Shown: positions 18,312-28,100, counted from the stretch's first letter. The stretch: 37,924 nucleotides of DNA from Chthonomonadales bacterium (GCA_038217285.1 JBBQPO010000020.1:1-37924); one strand, 5' to 3'. Program-made: numbers and translations. The notes: generated from the letters alone by a model not told the origin.

Positions 18312-18620
18312 ATGCCCCGTGGGACCCCACGCCTGAGAACACAAGAGAACAAGGTCAACCAGATCGGGCCGCGTGTGCGGCTGCGGCGGCAGGCTCTCAA
18401 TGTCAAGCAGGACGAACTGTGTGCACGGCTGGCCTTGCAGACGGACGGCGGCTGGAGCCCGGCCTGGCAGGACGTGTCCCGCATCGAGAACGGCGCGCGG
18501 ATCGTGTCGGACCTTGAGATACTGGCCCTCGCGCAGGCCCTGGAGTGTTCAGCCTGCTGGCTGCTGGCAGGGGAGAAGGCGGTGCCGGAGGGTACCCCAG
18601 GCATCCGGCGGGCGGTCTGA
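18312..18620 (+). CDS. XRE-family HTH transcriptional regulator
   Basis: IGPRVRLRR...QDELCARL...VSRIENGAR...LAQALECSACWLL; true start ATG 18312. Confidence 0.85.
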   Translation: MPRGTPRLRTQENKVNQIGPRVRLRRQALNVKQDELCARLALQTDGGWSPAWQDVSRIENGARIVSDLEILALAQALECSACWLLAGEKAVPEGTPGIRRAV

Positions 18621-18875
18621 AGCCCGTTCCAGTCCAGAACATCGACGAAGCTTATCTCCTGGTCCCGGCGCAGCAAAGGAATACGGGCGCAGGACGCTCG
18701 ACTACAAGCATTTCTGGCCGCTTTGATGACCTCCCCGGAACCGTGCTGATCCTTACTATCGTATCCCGCCCGATTAACGCTCCGATAATGGTACACTGTA
18801 TGCCTGTTCGTCAGCGGGAAGCTGACGAAGCCTGCAAGCGCCGTTGGCGTGGTGTATGGCGGAGAGGGCAGGACA

Positions 18876-20300
18876 TTGGAGCGTCAATTTGTTATGGATC
18901 TCGAAAAGGGCGACCTTGTACGGTCCCGTTTTGCTATTGTCAACGCGCAGCAGAGTTCTGGCAAAAACCCTCATAAATTTACTCTGCGGGACCGTTCTGG
19001 CGACATTGGCGCAAAAGCGTGGCCGTCGACGCCGGGAGTATCGTGGGAAGAGGTGGCTCTGGCGGACTATGCCGACGTAACCGGCAAGGTCGAGTACAGC
19101 GACTACACGAAGGGCCTGGAAATAAAAGTAGATACGTTCGCGAACGTGGCCGATCCCGGCGACCTCGCGGACTTCCTTCCGACCACTCCTGCCGACAGGG
19201 AGGAGCTCTGGAACGGCGTGAAAGGCCTGGTAAAATCGCTAGCCGACCCTTATTTGGGAAAGCTGATGAGGAACCTGTTCAAGGATCCGACGTTCCAGCA
19301 GGCTTACCGGACGGCACCGGCAGCCCAGCATATGCACCACCCATATATCGGCGGCCTGCTGGAACATTCGTTCGAAGTCGCCTCCCTTTGCGACGCCCTG
19401 GCGATTACGCTGGGGGACGTCGACCGGGACCTTCTGGTCGTCGCGGCGCTCCTGCACGACATCGGAAAGATCGAGGAGATCGATTACGCTTCCCCCCACT
19501 TCGGCCCGACGCGTACCGGAGGCATGCTGGGACACGTGTTCCTGGGCGCGCAACGGATTTACAGTACCTTGGGCCAGATCAAGGGTTGCCCCGACGGCCT
19601 TCCCGATATGCTCTGCCACCTTCTCCTCAGCCATCAGGGGAAGCTGGAGTGGGGGGCGCCGGTCGCGCCGTGCACCCACGAGGCGGCCGTACTGCATCTC
19701 TGCGACCACCTGAGCGCGCAGGGCTTCTATTACCGCCAGGCGAGGCAGGGGACAGTGGCAGGGTCTCTCTTCAAGCGGGTAAAGGGCTTGGAAGGACACG
19801 TCTTCACCGGCGAACCTTCGTGGCGTACCTATGCGGCTCCGACGCCTGCAGACGAACGGGAGGAGGCAGTACAAAACGCTGCTCCGCACCTGCGCATGGT
19901 AGGCGGGACCCACGAACCGGCACTCGTGTTCCTGCCGCTGCTCGGTCGGATTGCCGCCGGCGTGCCGACTGACGCCCAGGCGAACCTGGAAGGCCGTTTC
20001 GCGGTGCCGCAAACGGGCAAAGTTCAGGAGGGCGACTTTCTGCTCCGCGTCAGCGGCGACAGCATGATCGACGCCCATATCCTGGACGGGGACGTCGTCC
20101 ACGTGCGGCCAACGGCCGAGGCAGCCCACGGCGCTATAGTCGTCGCCCTATCTGACGGCGAGAGTACGGTCAAGTACCTCATAAAGGAGGAAGGCACGGC
20201 CTTCCTACGCGCGGCCAACCCGGCGTACGGAGACATCGTGCCTTCGCAGGAACTCCAGGTACAGGGAATCGTTGTCGGCGTACTGCGCGGCTTCTGCTGA
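18876..20300 (+). CDS. YhaM/CBF1-like OB-fold + HD nuclease fused to a LexA-type S24 autopeptidase
   Basis: LRDRSGDI (OB); PAA..MHH..GGLLEHS, LLHDIGK, SHQG..EWG (HD); GRIAAGVP, GDSM, TVK (S24); likely TTG start 18876. Confidence 0.9.
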   Translation: MERQFVMDLEKGDLVRSRFAIVNAQQSSGKNPHKFTLRDRSGDIGAKAWPSTPGVSWEEVALADYADVTGKVEYSDYTKGLEIKVDTFANVADPGDLADFLPTTPADREELWNGVKGLVKSLADPYLGKLMRNLFKDPTFQQAYRTAPAAQHMHHPYIGGLLEHSFEVASLCDALAITLGDVDRDLLVVAALLHDIGKIEEIDYASPHFGPTRTGGMLGHVFLGAQRIYSTLGQIKGCPDGLPDMLCHLLLSHQGKLEWGAPVAPCTHEAAVLHLCDHLSAQGFYYRQARQGTVAGSLFKRVKGLEGHVFTGEPSWRTYAAPTPADEREEAVQNAAPHLRMVGGTHEPALVFLPLLGRIAAGVPTDAQANLEGRFAVPQTGKVQEGDFLLRVSGDSMIDAHILDGDVVHVRPTAEAAHGAIVVALSDGESTVKYLIKEEGTAFLRAANPAYGDIVPSQELQVQGIVVGVLRGFC

Positions 20301-20724
20301 CGCAGGGAGGGCAGCCCACCAAGAAGCCGCGCCCTATCCGTTCAGTATCGTCACTGCGCCTCGTGCGGGCTCGCCGAATCCGTGAAAAGAGTCATGTCCG
20401 TAGCGAGGCTGGCATGCGGATAGAGTTGCTCTCCCAGCCGGCGGGACACGACATATGCTGACAGGGCCTCTTCCAATGAAAACAGGTGCGTACCGGCGAG
20501 GTGGGTCACCTCGTGCTTGGACGCGCTGTACACGGCAGCAAACCTATCGATCTGCCCGTAGAGAAGGGGCCCTATTCGACGGCTGACCACGGGAACGCGC
20601 AAGGCCGCGCCTAACGGCAGCCATCCGACGCGCCCGATACGCTTGACCAGGGTCTCGATGTGGAGACCGCTCATCTGGACAACATCACGCGCGAACCAGT
20701 CGAGATCCCCTTCTCTATTGACGT

Positions 20725-22129
20725 TTAGACTATCAGTTCGACTTTCGTGTCGTCCTTTTTGCTCTTGAAGACCGTCGGGTAACGCTGCGCCTTCTTGACG
20801 ATCGCACCTTTGAAACGCCCCGGTGAATTTCCCCGCACTTGGGACAAGCGAGCGGGCGTTCCCAACTCGGCAACAATTCGGTTCATCCCCCGACGCACCT
20901 GCTGAGGCGTCTGCGGACGCGTCGCCGACTCCCAGGGTTGACGGTGAGCCAAGCCGCTTTCCCGCGCCAGATACAACTGGTTCTCCGCACAACAGACCAG
21001 ATCCGTCCATAACGTGAAGCGCTCGGGCGTGCGCAGATGCACCCGCTCCCAGAGCAAGTCTTGCTTCTTGAAACGAAAACCATGTTCGATATAGTAGCGG
21101 CGCGCATAGGTCGCAGAAACCTCTTCCAACGGCGGGCATTCCTCTCCGCAGAAGAGGAACCAACTCACCCGAGGATCGCGCTTGTTGTCCTTTGCGCCAT
21201 GGCGAGTTACGCGCAGCAGCGAAACCGTGATATGACGTGCCTCCTGGAAATGCAATCCGTCCCAACGGTCCACTTCCAGACGCTTCCCGCGGTCATCGGT
21301 GCCTTCCCAATGGGCATCGGCGTCGCCGTGGGTGGTCGGCTCGGCGCATCGAAAGACCGCTCCATCTTCGGGAGGACGGCCCGGCCCCGGCTTGTCCGGA
21401 CGCAGCGGCTTGGGTCGATAGAGCACCCGGTTCTTGGCGAGCCTGAGGAGGCGATCATAGGCAATATCGTAGGTTTTGAGAAGGAAGGCCACGTTGCCAT
21501 AGCCTCCATCTCCCAAAAAGAGCGGGCGCACGTCCAGCAAAGCAGTCAACTGTTTTATACTAACGGCGCATGAGAAACTGGCGATTACGCGCCCGGAATG
21601 AACAGCACGACTTCGTGATTTTGACGTGCCGTTAGTATAACTGATCGCCCATCGTTTCGACGGGTGTTTTCTCGCTTGGGATGCGCTCGACATCCAGGGT
21701 GTAGACCCAACTGCTCGCCTCCGTCGGCACGACCGCCACAAAGGAGAATTGCCAGCCAGGTCGGACAGGCTTGGCTCCTTCAGGCAGGTTGGACTGATGC
21801 ACATAAGTACAGTCGCGTGCCGTGGCGGACGCCGGTCTGGCAATGGAACTGGCATCTCCTGCGAGCACCAGTCGCGTTCCTGCAGTGGGCTTGGGTGCAT
21901 AGTTGACGCGGAGTTTGCGCAACTCTTCTCGGTCGATCGCTCCGTCTTTGCAGGCGGCATAGGCACTAGACCATTCCCTCACAAAGAAGGGGGAGAGCGT
22001 GAGTTCGACAAATGAGTGCGCGGCGGTATCGGTAAGCAGCGCATCATTTAGGTTCATGAGCGCGTCGCCTGCCCGCAAGAAGCACGCGTACATTTTGTTG
22101 CGGTAGTCGGAAAGTGTGCTATGCTTCAT
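20725..22129 (-). pseudogene. DDE transposase disrupted by a MITE
   Basis: AAGGAG RBS; motifs LAGDAS, LGDGGYG, YARRYYIEHGFRFKKQ; frame broken at 21556-21639. Confidence 0.88.
21558..21637. mobile_element. 80-bp MITE with TA target duplication (IS630/Tc1-type ends)
   Basis: Ends TACTAACGGC / GCCGTTAGTA flanked by TA on both sides; removal restores the reading GDQLKQLT. Confidence 0.88.
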
Positions 22130-22871
22130 GGGGTATGTTCTCTCCTTAGACAAGAAGAACAATACCCGATGGGGCAGCTTCTCACAGTCATAAACGGCTA
22201 CGAGAGGTTGCCCTTTAGTCTAAACGTCAATTCTCTACAACCCTGGCTGAAATACATAGCACAGTACTGGAGCGGCCGGAATACGTCCCGGTCAACGACA
22301 TCAGCTACGCAGGCATTGTGGACATGCAAGCGTCCAAAGCTCGGCCCGCCTAAGTCGTCGTCGAAGAGGGCCAGAGTGGCATACGTTAATGCCGGGGATG
22401 CTGCCAACCGAAGCAGCTTTTCCTGTTCCTGGACGGAAAGCAGTTCCCCTGCCAAATTCGACAACCGTCCTGCATACGCTCCCATATATCCTCCAGCCGT
22501 GCACTCCACTGTGCCCTCGGACGCTTCCAAGTATTGACAGAAGGGCCGGAGGGAAGGTTTCGCCAATTCTCTTTCTCCTTCACGAATCCACCGCCCGTCC
22601 CTGCGCCAAAGTGTGTCCTCGTCCTCCGTCCTCCAAAGGCGGGTGCAAGAAGAGCTTCTGTCTGCGCGCGGTACGAATGCCGAGAGAAGGGGAGCATCCT
22701 TACCAAAGAGTGTTCTTTCGTGCCGGGGCAGTCCGGCAAATTGCTTCCCGTCGGCCTTCAAGCCAACACTTCAGTCGATGTCTCCCTCATTCAAATCGTA
22801 GTCCCCAGCAGGCGGGGCAGGCTTTTTACGCCGATCTTTCTAGCGTAGGAGAGCACAAATAACCCATGACT

Positions 22872-23000
22872 GCCTTCGCCCTGGAACTATACCAGGAACT
22901 CCACGGCGGCGCTCATCGTCAACGCCGTCACGCGCGCCTGTGCGCCGCCTGCTTGAACAGCTCTCCGATCGCCTTGTGAAACAGGAGCATGGCAACCCTA
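22872..23000 (+). pseudogene. remnant of a second 7TM-sensor C-terminus
   Basis: Across frameshifts reads AFALELYQ / AALIVNAVT / PVRRLLEQLSDRLVK, matching AFAVELYQ / VALTVNAFT / PLRRLLEQLADRMMA in 16481-16969. Confidence 0.7.
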
Positions 23001-23045
23001 CCCACCGCCCGCATCAGCGCCGGGACATGAGCCAGACCTGACGCG

Positions 23046-23094
23046 GTTGCATCGCTGCACCTGCGTTCGCGTTCCTGTGCGCCCTCTCTATACT
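23046..23094 (+). promoter_or_regulatory. box GTTGC-N6-GCACC plus -10 TATACT
   Basis: Box 23046-23061, 27-nt spacer, TATACT 23089-23094. Confidence 0.6.
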
Positions 23095-23193
23095 CCCCTC
23101 GAAGAGCGCCGCGCCCAGTTGCTTTCGGGCGCAGCATACCCGGCTCTTTTGAAAACGACAGCGACCACCGCCTGTCGGAGAGGAGATACGACC

Positions 23194-23925
23194 ATGGTTC
23201 ACACCGTAAAGGGCATCACCCTGACTCCCGAGGAGCGCAGGCAGGCAGGATACGACAGGGAGAAAGCGTCAGCTCACGTCTGCTCCGTCACACTGCCGAA
23301 CGGCGTTTCCTGCAAGGTTTCCTACACCCGCACCAGCGCGCGCCTCCACGCCTTCGCGTTCGGCGACCCGATCCACCGTACCCAGTACGCCTACGAGGCG
23401 ATACCGGACGGCATCCCCGGCATAGAGACAAAGGCGGCGGAGCTGGCGGAAGTGCTGTTCCGGCAGGCACAGCAGCAGGAGCAGAAGGAGATGCGCCAGA
23501 AGGTTCCGGGCAGCCGCGCGGCCTACCGTGGCGACGGAGGCCTGCAGATAAGCGCCCGTCTTGCCGAACAGTTGGCCGGACGATACGCCCCCTGCGTGCG
23601 ATGTGCCAGCGGTACCCTGATTCGCATCGGCGGGACCTACGGCGTGCCGGACGGGGCGCTCAAGGAGATCGAGGGCGGTAGGCACAGCGCCATCCGCCTC
23701 GTCAACGGGCAGCGTCTCGTCGTCGGCATCTGCAACCGGGCGGCGCAGCGGTGGGAGGAGCCGACCTTCTTGAGCGTACCGCGTTTCGAGCAGGCCACAC
23801 CTACTTTGGGCGTGAGTGCCCCTGTCTGCGAGGCGGAGGACCCGGAAGACGACGGAGAAGAGCCCGGTCCTCCGGGAAACCAGGAAGGCGATCCGATCTG
23901 CGAAGGGGAAACGTGCAATGAATGA
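23194..23925 (+). CDS. hypothetical protein (243 aa)
   Basis: GAGGAG RBS before ATG 23194; acidic C-terminal tail. Confidence 0.75.
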   Translation: MVHTVKGITLTPEERRQAGYDREKASAHVCSVTLPNGVSCKVSYTRTSARLHAFAFGDPIHRTQYAYEAIPDGIPGIETKAAELAEVLFRQAQQQEQKEMRQKVPGSRAAYRGDGGLQISARLAEQLAGRYAPCVRCASGTLIRIGGTYGVPDGALKEIEGGRHSAIRLVNGQRLVVGICNRAAQRWEEPTFLSVPRFEQATPTLGVSAPVCEAEDPEDDGEEPGPPGNQEGDPICEGETCNE

Positions 23926-24454
23926 GCCAGTTCCTAGCCGCTACGACGTGCACCTGTCCCTGACCGGCCTGCCAGCAGGCGGAGCCGCGCTGGTGCAGGA
24001 GCGCCTGGAGGCGGCGTTAGCCTTGAGCATATCTGATGGGACGGTCGCCGTGTCGAGCGTCACGGAGTGCCGGCCGGCCGCTGTGCGGTATCCGACCGAG
24101 CAGAGGATCGCTCCCTTCAGCACCCTCTACCTGGCATTGCCCGCCGAGTTCCAGCGGGCGGAGATCCTGGACGCATTGGCCGCGAACTACCACAGTGAAC
24201 TCGCCTGCCTCTGGCGGACGGCGCAGGACGACCGCTGCATCCGGGGAGTGATCGAACTGCGCGAGTGGAGACGGGCAGGAACGCAGTGGATCTGCGAGTT
24301 CCTGAGCTACGACCGGAGCGTCTCCGCAGGCACTTCGTTCAACTTCCACCTCCAGGATACGAGCGGGTGGCAGAACCAGGAGACTGGCTGGCACGGCCAT
24401 CAGGGCGCGATCGTCCTAGACACGCGGGACGGCCAGGTAAGCGCCCACCACTGA
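23918..24454 (+). CDS. hypothetical protein (178 aa)
   Basis: GAAGGGG RBS; overlaps the upstream gene end. Confidence 0.7.
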   Translation: MNEPVPSRYDVHLSLTGLPAGGAALVQERLEAALALSISDGTVAVSSVTECRPAAVRYPTEQRIAPFSTLYLALPAEFQRAEILDALAANYHSELACLWRTAQDDRCIRGVIELREWRRAGTQWICEFLSYDRSVSAGTSFNFHLQDTSGWQNQETGWHGHQGAIVLDTRDGQVSAHH

Positions 24455-24479
24455 GCACACAGGATATGTCAGTTCTCTC

Positions 24480-24510
24480 GCCCCCGGCAATCTCGCCGGG
24501 GGCCTTTTTC
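24480..24510 (+). terminator. intrinsic terminator
   Basis: GCCCCCGGC-AATCTC-GCCGGGGGC followed by CTTTTT. Confidence 0.8.
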
Positions 24511-24521
24511 CGCGCCTACCG

Positions 24522-24571
24522 GTTGCGTCCTCGTAACGCGCCTGGCCCGACGCGGCGTGGATGAGTACCTT
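24522..24571 (+). promoter_or_regulatory. box GTTGC-N6-GTAAC plus -10 TACCTT
   Basis: Box 24522-24537, 28-nt spacer, TACCTT 24566-24571, directly after a terminator. Confidence 0.6.
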
Positions 24572-24653
24572 CGGGACAGGCGCGACGACAGACGCTGAAA
24601 CGCGCCCGTGCCCGGAACCATTCCGGGACGCACACAGAAAGGACGCGACGACC

Positions 24654-25106
24654 ATGCTGACAGATACCGAACTGGCAGGCTACTTTCCCTTCGGAGGAGG
24701 AACGGAGCTGGCTCTGGCAGGGATCGGGCATTTCGGCAAGGAGGCATTCCAAACGGAGGTGCTGCCGATCTACCGGGCCATCTGCCGGATCCATGAAACG
24801 GAGTACGGAGAATCCCCCTCGGTTGCCTTTCTTGCGGAGGCGCTCCAGTACGGGGACAGGGCGAACCTGGAGAACCTTGCGACGTACGGCCTTCCCCTGA
24901 AGGAGATGCACCTGCTGGAGTACGGCAGAGGCTCCCATGCCTCCGCCGTCCGCGCCGAGGCCGTCCGCCGCGTCCTGGACGGGCAGGCACCCGGATACCG
25001 GGCGTTGTTCGCCCTGCACGATGTCTCCCAGGGCAGAGAGCCGCTCATCCCCTACGACAGGGACGTCATGGACTTCATCGCCCGTCGAACCTGCGCACCA
25101 GGATGA
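24654..25106 (+). CDS. hypothetical protein (150 aa)
   Basis: GAAAGGA RBS before ATG 24654. Confidence 0.7.
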   Translation: MLTDTELAGYFPFGGGTELALAGIGHFGKEAFQTEVLPIYRAICRIHETEYGESPSVAFLAEALQYGDRANLENLATYGLPLKEMHLLEYGRGSHASAVRAEAVRRVLDGQAPGYRALFALHDVSQGREPLIPYDRDVMDFIARRTCAPG

Positions 25107-25315
25107 ACATGCCAGGTGCCTGCATTGGCCAATAGCCCGCTTCTGCGCCCAGCATCGCAGGATGCTCTGGTCCCGGATTCCCCACTGCCTCCGGTGTCTG
25201 CTGGGCGCATTCCTTTGCGTTGGCGCCATCCGGAATCATCGGTCCTGAGCGAAGCCGCCAACGGGAAAACAATCGTCGTCAGGCAGAAAGGACATTTGTC
25301 GTTCAACGGTCCGGC

Positions 25316-25365
25316 GTTGCCTGCGTGCAACGGCATGGGTGCCCCACCGGCCTCTGCGCTACTCT
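25316..25365 (+). promoter_or_regulatory. GTTGC-N6-GCAAC box plus -10 TACTCT
   Basis: Perfect box 25316-25331, 28-nt spacer, TACTCT 25360-25365. Confidence 0.65.
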
Positions 25366-25460
25366 TCCCCTGCAAGGGAGCCGCCCTCCGGAAACCTACC
25401 GGTGGGCGGCAGACCACCGTCCCTTGACAATCCCCTACACGGGGAACAGGAGAAACCATC

Positions 25461-26639
25461 ATGAAACAAGGCAGGACCCTGCCCGACCTGGCGGCCGAGC
25501 TGGAGCGCCAGGCAAACGCCAAGCGCGACTTCCTCGCCCCGGCACAGACGATCCGTCTGCGCAGCAACGGCCATACCGAGCTCTACCTGAACGAGCCGTT
25601 CGCCGTCGGGGAGATAGCGCACGGCCAGATCGCCGAATACGCCGGTGTGCCGAAGGGGCTCTACGACCGGCTGCGGAACGCGGCAGAAGGGCTGCGGGTA
25701 CCGGTCGCGCAACTCGCCGACTGCCCGCAGGCGCTTCCGGACGGGGGGCAGCTCGCCTTCTGCAAGGACGAGCCGCTGTTCGACGTGGTGCTCAACCGCC
25801 TGCTCAGGCAGTGCGGCGGCGAGAAGCGATTGGTGCGGACGCTCGACGGGAAAGCGAGGGCGTTCCTCTCCAGCAGCTACAACCCGGACCTGGACAACTG
25901 GGACGTGCTGCGGGTGGCGGCGAGGGCGCTGGAAGAGAGCGGATTGGGGCCGGAAAACGTCGTCTCCTGCGAGGTGACCGAGCGGCGGCTCTACCTGAAG
26001 GTCGTCAGCCCGAAGCTGGAGGCCGTGATCGAGCCGTCGAACCTGACGCGGGCACACGGCGGACACCACATGCTGAAGGAGCCGCAGGTCGTGCAGGCGG
26101 GCTTCGTCCTCTCCAACTCGGAGACGGGCCTGGGCAGCCTATCGGTACAGCAGACGGTCTACAAGCTGCAATGCACAAACCTGTGGACCATTGAGGAAGG
26201 CTACCGCCAAAGGCATCTCGGGAAGACGCTGGAGGCCGGGGACGACGGGGCGCTCTACCGGAGCGATACCCGCCAGGCCGACGCGAAGGCGAGACTCCTG
26301 AAGATCCGCGACCACGTCGCAAACGCGCTGGACGAGACTCGGTTCAAGGCGTTGGTCGGCAGGATGCAGGAGACGGCGGAGGTGAGGCTGGAGGGAAGCG
26401 TCGAGAAGATCGTCGAGCTGACCGCCCGCAAGTTCGGGCTCATGCAGGGCGAGAAGGAGGACGTGCTGAGGAACCTGATCGAGGGGGCGGACCTCAGCCT
26501 CTGGGGCCTCACCAACGCGGTCACCGCGACCGCCCAGAAGGCGGAGAGCTACGACCGGGCGACCGAACTGGAAGCCGCCGGGGGGCGCATGTTCGCCCTG
26601 CCTGCCGCCGAAATCAGGGAACTGGTGCGCGCCGCATGA
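25461..26639 (+). CDS. DUF932/DUF945-family protein
   Basis: RLVRTLDGKARAFLS, QAGFVLSNSETGLGSL, KLQCTN, WGLTNAVT motifs; AGGAG RBS. Confidence 0.8.
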   Translation: MKQGRTLPDLAAELERQANAKRDFLAPAQTIRLRSNGHTELYLNEPFAVGEIAHGQIAEYAGVPKGLYDRLRNAAEGLRVPVAQLADCPQALPDGGQLAFCKDEPLFDVVLNRLLRQCGGEKRLVRTLDGKARAFLSSSYNPDLDNWDVLRVAARALEESGLGPENVVSCEVTERRLYLKVVSPKLEAVIEPSNLTRAHGGHHMLKEPQVVQAGFVLSNSETGLGSLSVQQTVYKLQCTNLWTIEEGYRQRHLGKTLEAGDDGALYRSDTRQADAKARLLKIRDHVANALDETRFKALVGRMQETAEVRLEGSVEKIVELTARKFGLMQGEKEDVLRNLIEGADLSLWGLTNAVTATAQKAESYDRATELEAAGGRMFALPAAEIRELVRAA

Positions 26640-26672
26640 GGACGGCTTCTCGCACGTGAAAGGAACCCGCCT

Positions 26673-27002
26673 ATGCGCGAAGACACATCTGCCCTCTCCG
26701 TCCAAGCAGAACGTTTGTTCCTGGACGGGCACAGCGCCGAGCGCACCGGCGCGGAAACCGTCGCCGTCCGCGACTCCAGGGGATGCACCTACCGGGTGAA
26801 CACCCTCTTCCGGACCTGCGACTGCCGATCCGAAGGGGCGTGCGTACACCTGCTCGGCTACGCCAGGCTGCTTTCCGACCAGCAGGCGTACGAGGAGGCG
26901 CAGGTCACAGCACTGGAGGCGCAATTCGACGATTGGGGGCTGAGCATGGAGAACGACCGGACGGAAAGGATACTGAGGGAAATGGGAGCGTGTGAGTTCT
27001 GA
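26673..27002 (+). CDS. SWIM zinc-finger protein
   Basis: YRV....TCDC....ACVH (CxC...CxH); GAAAGGA RBS. Confidence 0.75.
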   Translation: MREDTSALSVQAERLFLDGHSAERTGAETVAVRDSRGCTYRVNTLFRTCDCRSEGACVHLLGYARLLSDQQAYEEAQVTALEAQFDDWGLSMENDRTERILREMGACEF

Positions 27003-27156
27003 AACGAACAAAAGGTTAGGAAAGCGCTTGCGACGCCCGCCTAACCCTTTATCAAAATGGAGCAGACAAACCTTGAGCCGTTGTCTGCTCCTATTATACC
27101 CCGGATCGGGGAGAAAAGGAGCGAAAAAGATGCGGATCGGACAAAAAGAACGGGAA

Positions 27157-27429
27157 ATGCCGCAGATCACGCTGACGCAGGCGGGGAAGGAAAGCGTTGT
27201 CCTGCGCACGCTGATCCGACGGGCGATCCCCATGCTCGCCAACCCGGAGCGCCACCCGGCACACGAGCGCAGGGAGCTTGCCCAGAACCTGTGCGCCGTC
27301 CTGGAGATAACGCTCTCTGAGGAGGATGCTGAAGAGCGGGACCCCGGTCCCTGCGACCGGGACGCCCCACGGGAACGGGCAGAGGAACCTTACGAGCCGG
27401 GCTGCCTGCTGGAGATGCCGGGAGCATGA
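27157..27429 (+). CDS. hypothetical protein (~90 aa)
   Basis: Co-oriented ORF whose stop overlaps the next start (ATGA); start uncertain. Confidence 0.55.
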   Translation: MPQITLTQAGKESVVLRTLIRRAIPMLANPERHPAHERRELAQNLCAVLEITLSEEDAEERDPGPCDRDAPRERAEEPYEPGCLLEMPGA

Positions 27430-27578
27430 CCTACCGGAAATACAAGCGGCGCTTCTGGGTCGTGCTGGACGCGGACGAGAGCATCGTGGTCGTCTGCGTC
27501 TACAAGAAGGGGGCGAAAGAGGTCGTGCGCCGTCTGACCTCGCTTCGCAAGTCAACCGAATCCGAAGAGGCTGCCTGA
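27426..27578 (+). CDS. 50-aa small protein not in the ORF track
   Basis: MTYRKYKRRFWVVLDADESIVVVCVYKKGAKEVVRRLTSLRKSTESEEAA; ATGA coupling; strong GC3 bias. Confidence 0.7.
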   Translation: MTYRKYKRRFWVVLDADESIVVVCVYKKGAKEVVRRLTSLRKSTESEEAA

Positions 27579-27607
27579 CAGCCCCTTCAACGACACAGCC
27601 ACATCCG

Positions 27608-27649
27608 CCCTGCCGAACAGCGATACGCTCTTCGACAGGGTTCTTTTTT
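27608..27649 (+). terminator. intrinsic terminator
   Basis: Imperfect stem CCCTGCCGAACAGCG/CGCTCTTCGACAGGG followed by TTCTTTTTT. Confidence 0.65.
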
Positions 27650-27668
27650 CCGATAGGAGGGACGACGA

Positions 27669-28100
27669 GTGATACCGCCAGATCTGAACGCGGCGATACG
27701 AGCCGCTCAGGGTGCGCTGATGTGCGTGGATACCGTGCAGGTGAAGGCCGTCCGCCTGAGAAACGCCGGGAACGGCCTGCTGGAGGAGGCGCGAACCGCC
27801 CTCAGCTTCCGCTACCCGGACCTTGCGCTGGCCTATATCCGCAAAGCGGAGGCGCTGCTCCAAGCAGTAGACCGGTCCGCGTTCTGCGTCCCGGAAGTTC
27901 AATTTCCGCCCGCTCTCAGAGCGTTGCGGGATGCTAGGCGCCTACTTATGGAAGCATACCCCGGTCTGCCCGCAGTCGGGCACCTCACAGGAGACACCGT
28001 CCTGGAACGACTACTGGCAGATGCGACGGGTAACGGGACGAAGGCAAGGAACGACCGCTCTGATGCCCTGGCGGACTTCACTAGGAGGACTGAGGGATGA
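27669..28100 (+). CDS. hypothetical protein (143 aa)
   Basis: AGGAGG RBS before GTG; ATGA overlap with the next gene. Confidence 0.7.
   Translation: MIPPDLNAAIRAAQGALMCVDTVQVKAVRLRNAGNGLLEEARTALSFRYPDLALAYIRKAEALLQAVDRSAFCVPEVQFPPALRALRDARRLLMEAYPGLPAVGHLTGDTVLERLLADATGNGTKARNDRSDALADFTRRTEG

Larger units (their letters stand above)
20718..22230 (-). mobile_element. 1513-bp IS (DDE superfamily, IS701/IS4-like)
   Basis: Perfect 15-bp IRs TTGACGTTTAGACTA; direct repeat TTCTCTA at 20711-20717 and 22231-22237. Confidence 0.92.
20351..22761 (-). pseudogene. hypothetical gene split by an IS insertion
   Basis: Removing the IS and one target duplication rejoins ...FSQGCRE|GDLDWFARD... in frame; the 5' end may be further decayed. 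Confidence 0.7.

Noticed and set aside
19920-20300. lexA repressor gene
   Set aside because: Only the S24 domain is present, fused in frame to an HD nuclease; no winged-helix domain
20351-21265. 304-aa ORF as a real gene
   Set aside because: Chimera of an alternative IS frame and the 3' half of the interrupted gene
21556-21639. Programmed frameshift in the transposase
   Set aside because: The frame change is fully explained by the 80-bp MITE plus TA duplication
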